Source: Selaginella moellendorffii
Lineage: Eukaryota; Plantae; Lycopodiophyta
Assembly (NCBI RefSeq): GCF_000143415.4
Contig: NW_003314275.1
Location: 2,546,908-2,610,907, forward strand
DNA: 64,000 bases
Reading direction: 5' to 3'
Shown here in pieces: positions 1-11,439 of this stretch (position 1 is the first letter of the stretch; each line of letters opens with the position of its first letter). A program made the position numbers and the translations under genes. The notes beneath the pieces are model-generated. The model did not search any database, was not told where the DNA came from, and saw only the letters and a list, made by a program, of their open reading frames with translations.

Positions 1-162
1 GCTTAGTTTATTAAGGGGCAAACTACATAAAAATTGGAATTTGTTTCTCATAAAAATTGTTTTCTTATTAGTCCAGAAAGTTATACTGCCTCGCTGCGAT
101 CGATCGTCTCTTTTGTCGCCATGAATGAACTTGCTGTTCTTCGCTCGCTCGATCGATCTTTC

Positions 163-1673
163 TTAGTAAGTGTATCCCTTCTCGAACATCTCCTTCTTGG
201 CAGCGTCGGATTCTCCCTCGGCCGTGTACTGGCCGAGCTGCGCCTTGGAGTTTGCCTTGGCCCGGACAAGGAGAGCGTCTTGAGCCGCCTTGACGTTCTC
301 TGGAAGTCCCTTCCATGTCTGCAACACCGTGTTCTGCAAAGCACGGGCGTACGAGAAGGATACGTGCCACGGGTTGGGGCTCTGGTTCATTGCGTTCAAG
401 TTGAGCGTCGCCTCCACCTCGGATTGTCCTCCAGACAAAAACTGGCAAAGAAAAATCATGAGAAAAGTTCGATTTTGGAACTGAAAAGGAGAAACTTTAC
501 CATGATGCCGGGAACAGAGGGGGGAACTCTGTGGTGGAGCATCTTGAGCGTGTAGTCGGCGACTTCCTGGGGAGTGGACTTGGTTCCCTTGTAGTCTGCG
601 CCGGGAGTGACCATGCTGGGTTTCAAGAGGATACCCTCGAACAGGACGTTGTTCAGTGACAGGTAGTAGAAGGTCTTGGCCCAGACTTTCTCTGCAACCT
701 CCAAGGTCCTGTCAATCCCGTGCTCTCCGTCCAGGAGAACCTCAGGCTCAACAATTGGCACTAATCCATTGTCCTGAGAGGAACCATCAAACGCGATCAG
801 TGAAAGGCAAAGTTTTGATTGTTCCAACCTGAGAGATGGCGGCATAACGAGCAAGGCCCCAAGCGGCTTCAGTCACTGCTAGCTCGGAAGGACCGTTTGG
901 AATGCTAATGACTGTTCGCCTGTTGATAGAAAAAACATTGTTTGTTAGACAAACAAAAAATATGTCAAGACAAACTAGAAATCCATCCAAGGCTTACCAC
1001 TTCGCAAACCTCGCACCCTGGCCGTAGTAAGCAGCTGAGCGAGAAGCCAAACCGTCAAGTCCTTGGCACCACGACTCGTTGTTGGATCCAGCGAGTGGAA
1101 CGAGACCCTAGTGTTAGATCAAAAGTGTTAGATCAAAAGGAAAGAAAGAGATCAGAAGTCTTACCTTGTCGACCTTGATTCCAGGCACGATGTTCTGCTC
1201 CTTGAGGCAATCCACGAACGTCTTGCCTCCTTTCGCCGACTGGTAGAGCGTCTCCTCGAACAAAATCGCGCCAGAAATGTAAGATCCCAGGCCAGGGGTG
1301 GTGATCAGGAGCTCCCTGTAAGCTTGTCTGTTGTCCTCGGTGTTGTCGAGGCCAATCGATGCCAATCTCTTGCCACAGGTCGCGTTGGACTCGTCCATGG
1401 CAAGAATTCCTCGGCCCTTCGATGCCACGGTTTTCTACATCGCAAGAAATGGAAATCTTCCAGTCAGCAAAACCTTTTTCCAGGATTTCCGCAGCAAAAT
1501 CGAGCACTTACAGCAGTCTTGACGAGCTCCTCATCGTATCCCCCAGCTCTGACGACCAAAGAGGCGCTGCGGCCGGACGGCGAGCAATTCACTGTAGAAA
1601 GCTTGACGCTCTGCCCCATGAACTGAGATCCAGCGAGGCTCAACGTGTTGTTGAGCGCCATAGCCGCGGCCAT
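163..1673 (-). CDS. FBA: Plastid fructose-bisphosphate aldolase, class I (multi-exon)
   Basis: Transit peptide [13 protein letters not shown]..., [70 protein letters not shown]-terminus KGYTY*. GT-AG introns. Confidence 0.97.
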
Positions 1674-2198
1674 TGCTCCTCGCAACCAAGGATCGATGAG
1701 CACCCTGCCTGGAAAACCCTAAAATTCCACACACCACTCGCAGACGGACACAAAAAAGAAGGCTACGTTGGCTCATATCGGACGGCTGCCGCCGCCCCTT
1801 TATACATCCAACGGCTGGTAGCGCGCCTCTAATCTGACGACAGAGTGGATGGTCCATGTTTCTCCTTTGACGAGAGCCACAATGTAGCAAGCGGCGAATG
1901 GACGGCCCAGATTTTGTGTCCTCGGTTGCCACACGACCTTTATCATTCCCATCTGGGAACAATAGTGGATGCCATTGTAAAAAATTTTAGACTAAATTTT
2001 CTCGTCCACTATATCCAAATTCTTCCAAGCTTTTGTGTCCAATCCTTTAATCTTCGAGGACTTTCGGAGTTACACCTCATTCCATATCAGGCTTCTTCTA
2101 AAGTTGACGCTTTGATAAAATTTTACACTCTCATGGTCTATGAACTACTGATACCTTTCGAGTAACTATGTCGTCCCTGGTTCATGAAAAAACAACCT

Positions 2199-5100
2199 CT
2201 AACTTGTCATGGACAGAGCTTTTCCTTGGGCGAATTTCCCCGTCCACGACTTGGGATACAACTCCACAGGCTCGCTGGAGATAATCTCGTCCAAAAACGC
2301 AGACATTCTTTGCCGCTTACACAGGCTGCCTGGAAAGCTTTTCTCGTGGGGAGCCTCGGGAGAATGAGTGTGTGTGAGATACCTTGAATTAAAAAACGAT
2401 CAATCAGCGTAGGATCGGAAACAAGAGTTTAGTTTACTCACAACTGCTCTTTCGCACGGGTGATTCCAACGTAGAACAGCCGTCGCTCTTCTTCGGGGTC
2501 CGAGTTTTCGTGTGGCAAGATTCCCGCATTGACACCGACTATGAAGACACAGGGAAACTCCATTCCCTTTGAGGCATGGAGCGTCAGCAAGCCAACGTGT
2601 TCCTTGTTCGTTTCCTGTAGAAAGCTAACTTTAAGCTTTGCAGCACTTGAAAGGCTATATACATTTACCTTGTCATCAGAGGTTATTAGCATGACGTCTT
2701 CAAGGAAGCCGGCCAGGGCACGACGCCCCTTCCCATGCTTGCCTTCGGCAGAATCTGCGCTTTCCTGCACTTCAATAATTCAAGCCAACATTCGAAAATA
2801 AAAACGAAAAACTACACCTTGAACTGTTCCACGACTTGACATCTTTTCTCAAAGATCCTCTGATCTTCCGTGTGCTCTTCCAAGTATTTAATAAACTGCG
2901 TCCTGTATATAGCCCGTGGTCTCAGATAATCTCGTAAAGAATCGAACTTACTTGTCAATTACAGCCTGAAGCAAGTTAGCAGAGGACTCCTTTTCACTGA
3001 GCTTCGTCAGCGACTCTAGAAGCTCACAAAAGCTCAAAACTGCCGTTCTGTGACAAGCACGACATAAGCGCCTAAAAAATAATCAGCCAAATGTGGATTC
3101 TACTTTGCCTTCGCTGTTATTCCCAAGTGCTTGTGTCCAGGATCATCCTCTTTGAGTTTCTGAAAAAAACTTCTTTAAGAATCACAAGAGATGTCAACGA
3201 GCCTGTACCAGTAACGCTTTGAAAAGTGGTAGATCTCGTTCCGAAGCCCATTGTTTGAGATGGAAAATTGTTTTCTCACCAATTCCTGTATTAGCCCACT
3301 CACTGGTTAGCGACAAGTTACACGGTACGTAACTTACCCCGAGGTGGCGTATTGATAATACGTGCCAGAGCGAGTTCATCATTACTATTGTGAATAAGTT
3401 TCAAGTAGCTGAGAAGGTCCTTTATCACCTTGTGCGAAAACAGTGGAGTTGCTCCTAGCAGCTTGTATGGTATATTTGCCTTGATTAATGCTGATTCTAG
3501 AAGAAAACTCTGCATAAAAGAAACTGATTGCTGGAAAATAACAAAGAAAAACGCGAGATACCTGTCTGTGAGTTCGATAGAGCACCGCACAGTCGCTCCA
3601 TCTATCTTTCCTGGTTCGAATGATTTCATCGGCAACAAAACGACTTTCTTCAGTGGGGTCACTCAGCCAGCAGACCTTTACAGGTGCCGTCCAGGGCTGT
3701 AAAGTTCAAAAAGTTATATCGCATTATCGTATTATTTTTCTTACCTTAATGGAGATAGGCTTCAGAGCTTCTAATTGTCCAATGCGACGACTCATCATAC
3801 TGTTTCCGATTATTTTCGAAGCAGCACTGAGAATAGCCTTAGATGATCGATAATTCTTCCGCAGCTGTAGGTGATGTAAAATGTCGAAAGTAACTAAAAA
3901 GTTTTGCATAAATTACCTGAAAAGTAGCTATCTGCGGGAAGTCGTTACCCAGGAGATATTGCATATTTCGTGACTCAGCACCTCGCCAACCATATATTGC
4001 CTACACCACGGACAATGTCAACAAAAAGTTGCAAAAATTCAACACGGCTGTGACTACCTGATCGATGTCACCGACCACGAAAAGATTTTGATTTTCAGAG
4101 CAGAGTAAACGGATAAGCTCATACTGGGCCTGTATCGAAGCGTTCAGAAACATATAACGAACGATCCTGTTGGTACCTTGTCTGTGTCCTGGAACTCGTC
4201 GACAAGCACGTAAGACCATCGCTTCTCGAACCTCTGACAGCAACAAAGAAAAATCAAATCAAATCAGAAAACGAAACAATCGCTCAATCAACAAACGACC
4301 TTTGCTCCAGACGCTGGCAAACACTGTTCCACAATCAGCGTGTTTCAGAGTAGAGTCCAACCTTTCGAGCTGACGGAGTCCGATGAAGCTCCATAATCGT
4401 CAAATAGATCAAATCGTCAAAGTCAGCCGCATTGTTCGCTCTTAGATGTTCCTGCGACAAGAAAAATAAGACGTGCCGAAGAGAAAGTAGAAAGCACCTC
4501 AAACATATGCAAAAGCTTGCTGACATCGTCGGTTAGAACCTTCGGGCGGGACGGAAGGTCTTTGCAGCGCTTTAACGCAACAAACCTCTCCAGGTACCAG
4601 CCTTTGGCTAATCTCATGAGAAAAAGTCCTCGCTTCAAGTCCTCCGAAGGTATGCGAAAGTGAACCGGTTTTTTATCGGTGGATGTGTGGCTGGAAATTT
4701 CCAAGCCACCGAAAAGATTAAGAAGGCCCCATTTGGAAGCACCGGAGTTGCATTCGGATAAGTGACCCTCAGCTACCTGAAAACATCAAACGTGAATATG
4801 TTACATACCATTTCCAAGTATCACCGTACCTTCACATATATATCTTTGAGAATCTTCTCACAGTCAGCTTCGTCATAGATAACAAAGGCCTGGCTTAATC
4901 CAGACTCGGGCTTTATGTCTGGAAGAAGCTGCTTCAAAAGCTTCGTACAAAAGCTATGGAACGTAGATATCTAAGAAAAAAAGATCAAGAAGGAAACAAA
5001 AGAAAAACACCATTCTTCCTTACCGTGATTTTTCTCGCAGCATCAATCCCCACCAAGGACCCAATCCGGTGTCGGATTTCTTGCGCAGCTTTGTTTGTGA

Positions 5101-5422
5101 ATGTAATGCACTAGAAAATTCCACTTTCAGGAACTTCAAAGCCTACATTTTTACGTACCAAAATATTTTCCGGATCGATTGTGTTGTGCTTGATCTCGTG
5201 CACAATGCGATGCGTGAGAACCAGCGTCTTCCCGGAGCCCGGACCCGCGACAACGCGCACGCATTTCTCTGTGGTTGTCACGGCCGCCTCCTGCTCGTCG
5301 TTAAGCCCCGAGAAATGGAGAGCCGACACGCAAGAAATCCTGAATCCACCGCGCAGCCGGCCACGGCAGCGCATCAGCGTCCCATACACTGGGAGAAATC
5401 GGCATTGCGGCGCGAGCATCAT
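2199..5422 (-). CDS. UvrD/Rep/PcrA-family (SF1A) DNA helicase with Arg-rich N-terminal extension; many short introns
   Basis: Q motif GLNDEQ, Walker A AGPGSGKT, VDEFQDTD, VVGDIDQ-AIYGWRGA, LRKNYRSS, INTPPRGIG, TLHASKGMEF, EEERRLFYVGITRAK. Last exon ends ...KALSMTS* at 2199. Confidence 0.92.
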
Positions 5423-5630
5423 CGCGAAGCGCGCAGCTTTCCACCGCGAGCGCGCCAAGAACGAGCATTCACATAAACCCTAAAGCCCAGACTAAAAGAA
5501 CGAATATAGAAACCAAATCTTTGTTTTATTTGCATCTAGCTCACAAATGTGAAATTGGTGTCTTTCTTCCACAAAAATGATTTTTATTTCTCCTCCCCCA
5601 CAAATCTTTTCCCTTTCACTCTGATCACTT

Positions 5631-5655
5631 GTGTTGTTGTTGTTGTTGTTGTTGT
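5631..5655. repeat. (TTG)n microsatellite downstream of the trehalase stop codon
   Basis: gtgttgttgttgttgttgttgttgt read directly. Confidence 0.9.
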
Positions 5656-5795
5656 ATGGTTTTGGGCTTGAATCTTCCCATTGTCACGTCTTTTTTCTTC
5701 ATCGTCGTATCGTCTGGCGCCTCGCTCGTCTCGTCTCGTCGTCAAGTATCAGAAAGAATATCGTGTCGTTCTCTCCTCTGTGGAAAAAAGAAGGC

Positions 5796-8741
5796 TCACT
5801 CGCAGGTCAATTTCTTCTCAGCGGCCCATCCAAATCTCTCGAACAGGCTCAGCACCACACCATTGCTCCATCCAAATCCAGCCTAGAACACGAACACAAG
5901 AACTTCTTAGAAAGAACTTCGAGAAAACAACTTTAGCTTACCTGTGGCAAGTATTCTCCTCCCGATCCAACTTTACCACAGTACCGAGCATCGTACTTCT
6001 CCTGCATCTCTCCAGTCTCCAGGTATCCTACATAGTTCGTCTCCAACCACCGTCTAGAGATATCCTTGGCCAGAGCAATCCCTTCTTCGTTCTCAGTGAG
6101 CGCAAAGCCCTCTATGATCATGTGTTGAAGAGGAGCCCAAGCATTTGGGTAATCCCTGTTGAAGCAAAGCAACACAGATTAGCACCAGGGATTCCGCAAA
6201 CAACTCCACTGTTCTCACCATTGTTGTCCTGTTTGTAAAAGCGAGGTCGTAATCCCAGCTGGTAGCAGCAGTCCCGATTCTTTGAACGACGCTATCATTT
6301 TTTGGATTTTCCTATCGCCTGTATGCAGCAAAAGATTTCTTTATGAGAAACCATCGCACTTGGGAAATTCTTTTTACCTGGTGGAACAACGCCGCACCAA
6401 AGAGGTATAAAGTTGGACGGGTAAGCGTCAGTGTTGTGATGTTCTGGGAGAAAGTCGTACGTAACCTGTGAAAGCAACAAAATCAATGACCACGTCTCAC
6501 GGAAAAAAAAAAAAAAAAAAAGGGGGCCACAAGCCATCACGGAAGAGATGGAGCCTCTTCCCTGATGGCTTATGGCCCCCTTTTAGAGGTTTTTCGGGTT
6601 TAGAAGGTACCTCAAATGCCTTGTAATTGGCGGCGCTGTTTGTAGCGTTTCGCTTGACGAGCCAGTAGTCGAGATACTGACCCATCTCTTCATTCCATAG
6701 AATGGCGTCCATTGCAATCTTTCTAGAGTTTGCAAGCTTATAAAAGTGTTTCTCATAGTCAGACTTTCCAAGCAACTTCGCAAAAAGAGCAATGTTGTTT
6801 TCCATCTGAATGCGCAACCAAGCAAATACAAATTATTTAGTCGCAAATACTTAACCATCGCTGTTGTTACCTGTACAAGAAACGCGTTTAGATCCACTGG
6901 CAGGATGAAAGACGTCTTCATCGTTTTAAGATTGTGACGATCCCTGTGGGAAGAGAACCGGGATTAGAAATCAGATAAGACACAAAAAGCATTTAGACGC
7001 ACTCCATCCAGCGAGAGCTGAAGTCCCAGCCACTCTCAGCAGCAGTGGCAATGTGGTGATAAAGCTCAGCTCGCTGGTGTCGCTCCAAACCTTTCGCAAT
7101 TTGCATGTCCTGTGAAGACAAAAACAATAATTAAGAACGGGTTAGAAAGAGATTGTGATCTTACAATAGTGGAAGATTCGGGCCGTGGTTCATCCCACAT
7201 AGCATAATATCTTGTTAACACATGCTCAACACCGTTTGCGTCACGGATATGAACTCGGTGAGGATCTGGATCACCGAAAACGTTCAGCGAAACAAGGCAA
7301 GACGGATTATAAAACCAACAAAAACTCACCAGCACACCAAAAGTTATGCTCCTTGAGAAGAGCCGGGAATGCCTTTTCCACAAACGAAACGTCCTTGGTC
7401 TCATGATAGATGGCCATGACGGCTTCGCTAAGCAGCGGGGGTTGGCTTCCTGTCAAGTCAAGAAAACGCATGAGTTAACCACATAACTTGCGAGGCGTTT
7501 AGGAAACTTACGGTTAGTGTAATAGGTGCGAGCACCATTTGGAATAAATCCAAAAGAATTGGCAAGGAACATCAGATTCTCCACGACATTCCTGGCCGTT
7601 TCGTAGAGCTTACTCACGAGAAGACCTCTGCAAGAAAAAAATGAAAAACCAAGAGAGATTTACACTTTTGAGGAAGAACACAAAAAGAAAAACGCGAGAA
7701 AAACTCTAGACCAACCTGACGATCCAGTAAGTATCCCAGTAGTAAACCTCCCTGAATCTGGCACCGGGAACGACGACTGGATTTGGAAGAGGTATCAGAG
7801 TGTGCTGGTGTGGATCCTTGTGCACCCTCTCCTTAACTTTCCTCGCCAAGAGCCACCACAGCGAATGCATCTTGAGCGCAAAGTCGCGAGCCGCGGGATT
7901 TGTAACATTCGCGAGGAACCCCTCTGGCTCGTTCTTAAAATCGGTGAGGTTGTCGGGTAGGAGATCGCTCCCGGGTTTGTCACAGAACTCGTTAAGGAAA
8001 TGGTTAAACTCGCCTGCGCCAAGAAAAGAAACCAAACGGGTGTTAGATCGCGAGAGAACGAACACAATGCATCGAATTCCACCACGAAATTGAGAAAGAG
8101 AGGGAAGATTTCTTGCCTGTGTCGACGCTACCGTTGTTGTTCTGGAAGAGACTGACGAACGCCTCCTTGGTCGATGGCAGCGAGTGCTTGAGCGGCAGAT
8201 CTACATAGACCTTAGGGTCGAAGTCGTGATCCCCTTCCACCTGGAGCGCCGCGTTCTGGATCATCACCAAGAACGACTCCAAATCCGTGTGATTCCTCAT
8301 CACCACGGGCGTGCGGTAGCAACCATTGCAGCAAGGGATCTCCTCCATGGCCGAGATAGATCCGAGGGCCCGGCCGCTGGATTGAAGCTGCGGCTGCGCC
8401 GATTGCTCCTCCCCCGTGACGAATCCGCCCTGCCGCAGCGACTGGAGGCCCGATGCTACCGCGGATGCCGAGGGCGGCGGCGGCGACGCAGTGGCGCTAG
8501 GGTAGGCTGCTGCCGATGGCGATGGCGAGGACGACGATGCGGCGATGAGATGCGGCAGCCGTGCGAGCATTATCACCAACAGCAGAGCGGGCGAGGAGGA
8601 TGATCGGGCGCGAGGAGGAGGAGTGGCGGAGGAGGAGAAGAGGCGCCGAGGCGGAGACGAAGCACACGGAGAGCACGAAGAATGATAAACAGGGGAAGAG
8701 AAATGGACGACCTGGCTCACCACGGGATTTGGGACCGCCAT
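5796..8741 (-). CDS. TRE1: Trehalase (GH37), multi-exon, with long low-complexity N-terminus
   Basis: FDPKVYVDLPLK, VVPGARFREVYYWDTYWI, PNGARTYYTNRSQPPLL, PRPES, AAESGWDFSSRW, ILPVDLNAFL, WDYPNAWAPLQH, EKYDA...GGEYLPQAGFGWSNGVVL. The start codon (8741 versus a later Met) is uncertain. Confidence 0.95.
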
Positions 8742-11439
8742 GCGCCCGCCCAGTGTGAATAGGGAGCTCCAGTCATAAATCAAATAAATCAAAAAGTTTT
8801 ATTAAAGGATTAAAAGGAGGAAAAAATGGGAGAAAAGGGATATACCTCAAGCCGGCGGTTGATGCCTCGCCTAGATCAACGCCTGTGATGCGGGCGCACT
8901 GGAATTAGGTGGCTGCGTGTGTGCGACCAAACGAACGAGCGATACGAGAGCACCGATGCGCGGAGAAACCCCAGTGGCTTCCTAGGGCATTATATACCCA
9001 CCACCTTTTGTTTGGATCCTATCGAAGCTCTCTCTGTCGCGATGGCCTCTTCCTCCACGGTACCAAAACTTAACAATGTGGCGATGCTTGCAGTGTCAGT
9101 CTAGGATCCACACACAGCCAAATTTCTCTTGCGTCTCTCGAATTTTTTTTGTGGCGATGGGGGTTGACTCGTGTAACTACGGTATTGCTCGCCGCCAGTA
9201 CGCTTAGTCACTGGCGCGATGTGGCAACGCACGCAGCCGGGTGTCTATACGCAAATTCATCTCGGCTAGCTAGAGTATTGTGGCAGTGTCGTTTGGTTTG
9301 ATCGAGTGGGGATGCTTGACCAGTGGGTTTGATTGATACTAGCCCAGTGAAACACTCCATGTGACAAAACCATGTGGGGCACAACGACGCCACCTCCCTT
9401 ATCTATCCACAACAACAATTATACATGGTGTTTTAAACACCGTATATGTGCGTGTCTTGCGGTTGAGAGCCGGCCCTGGACACAAATGTAGGTGGCGTTC
9501 TCTTGCGGGTCAAGATTCAACAGCCAGCTAGGTCAAGCTCCCGCGGAATCGAACCCGGCAACGAATATGATCCCGGCCAATGGCACCCGTGCCGTACGTG
9601 GATGCGCGTGCGCACGCAAAACACGAGGTGGGTTGGGTACGGCATTTACCTCGCGCCCCCATGGATAAGATCGAACTGGCGAAGGAGCACAGTAACTTAA
9701 GGTTAAAACCTTATCCACAACAAGAGAAGGCCACAAACATGACATTGCGTTTCGTGGAGTCGTGGTGACAGTTAGGTGACAACCGAGGACAGCAGCCTTT
9801 TGGAGTGCTGTCACTAGATTCGCATCCCGCGAATATTCCCATCGTCACGTCAAACTTAATGCCCCCAGTTCCATCCTTCTTCAAGAAAGAAGAAAAGACC
9901 TAATTTATTCGAGAAGAAGCTCTCTGTTCTTTGGATCTGAAACTCGAATGGAAAACGACGACTGCGAGATCTAACTTGAATCTTGTGACTTGTAAACAAA
10001 TCGGAGCGCAGGGCGGATTAGTTTACACCTATCCTGTCCCGGAAGATGGAAGAAATCTTATATAAAACGTGTGATACTCCGTACGCTCGGGTACTGGGCA
10101 TCCGTACGTCCGGGCTGGACTGTACATGACATGTTTGGGCATTTTCGCTGTCCCCGGCGACAAAAAATGGAATCAAGTGTACAAATACGTTGCCAGCACT
10201 TGCGTGGTTGTGACGTGGTTGGCATTCCCTCGAATCGGCAAATGCCGGATCAAAGGCATCTGCTATACGTGGTCCGATCTGCCTGTTCTAAGTAACGTTC
10301 TTGTCACTCACACACTTCCACACACAAGAACACAATCAGACAAAGAGGTGGACAAAGGTGGCATCTCCACCCGGGGTCACACTTGGAGACAATGGATTGG
10401 GATTGATGGATAGGTGGATGTCGCAAAGAGAATTTTGTTTAGTCAAACCTCCACATCTAACCTTCAAAGATACGGAGGCTATAGTTTCGATCACCCGCAA
10501 TGTCTCAGACAATTTCTCAACGGGGTTCCATCCGCAATCTTTGAAATTTCCATTAATCCAATCTAACAATGGTCTAAGTAGTGGAAAGTTGGTTGTGTCC
10601 TGTCTGGATAACGGCCGTACACCGACGTGGTGCCACGTCCGCCCGGCCATCGCCCGCCACAAGCTCCCTCCTACGCGTCCACGTCACGCGCGTCCCGAGG
10701 CCCATGTCATATAACAAAAGCGCGAAAAGCCGCCCACCACCAGCACATTGGCCGGGCTCGATCCCCGGATCTTTCCCCTCAGCCCCTGGCACAAGGTGGT
10801 CCCGGGTTCCAGTCCTCTCCACTGCTCCCACATCGCTTTCGCGATTCGGTTCCTTTGTCGATATCGCCAAGCAGCCTGGCACTACAATAGCAAGAAAAAG
10901 GAAGAAAAGATGCTCGCCCGCGACGAACAGCATCCCTAGATAGCGACCATTTGGGGCGAGAAGCTTAAAAGTCGCCATTAGCCTCGTGTCTATCGTCAGC
11001 ATATATACACAGCGTTGCCTTCTCTTTAATGGACGGACATGGCGAGCTTTGTGTGGCCAGGGAGGGAACCCTAGACCAGTCCAAGAATCACGGACCCAAG
11101 CTTTGGACCTCATGGAATGGAGTGGAGCCCTAGATATCAAGTAGTCCAAGAATCACGCTAACTTGTGAAACCCTTGGAACGCGTGATATTCTCTCTTTTC
11201 TTCTTCTTCTTTCTACCACGCGCGGGCGCTGGCCTTGGGCGTGTGTGGGGGTTTTTTTGAGTAACGGGATTCCTGTATGGAATCCTTGGCCAAGCGCCAC
11301 AAACGCTTGTGGGGGGACTTTAACGCCTTACTCGCGTTCGCGCGTAAACTAGCAGATATTTCAAAATTTTGAATTTGAACTTTAAGGCTAGCGAATTTTT
11401 GAATTTGAATTTTAGGGTTCATGTGTCAAGAGGGATTTG

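Noticed and set aside
9530-9600. B-box-like GGTTCGATTCC on the minus strand
   Set aside because: No A box and no cloverleaf, so not a tRNA or evident SINE.
10826-10835. TCCCACATCG, matching the plant snRNA upstream sequence element (possible snRNA or telomerase RNA promoter)
   Set aside because: No TATA box at the required spacing, and no recognisable snRNA or full telomere template downstream. An Infernal scan would settle it.
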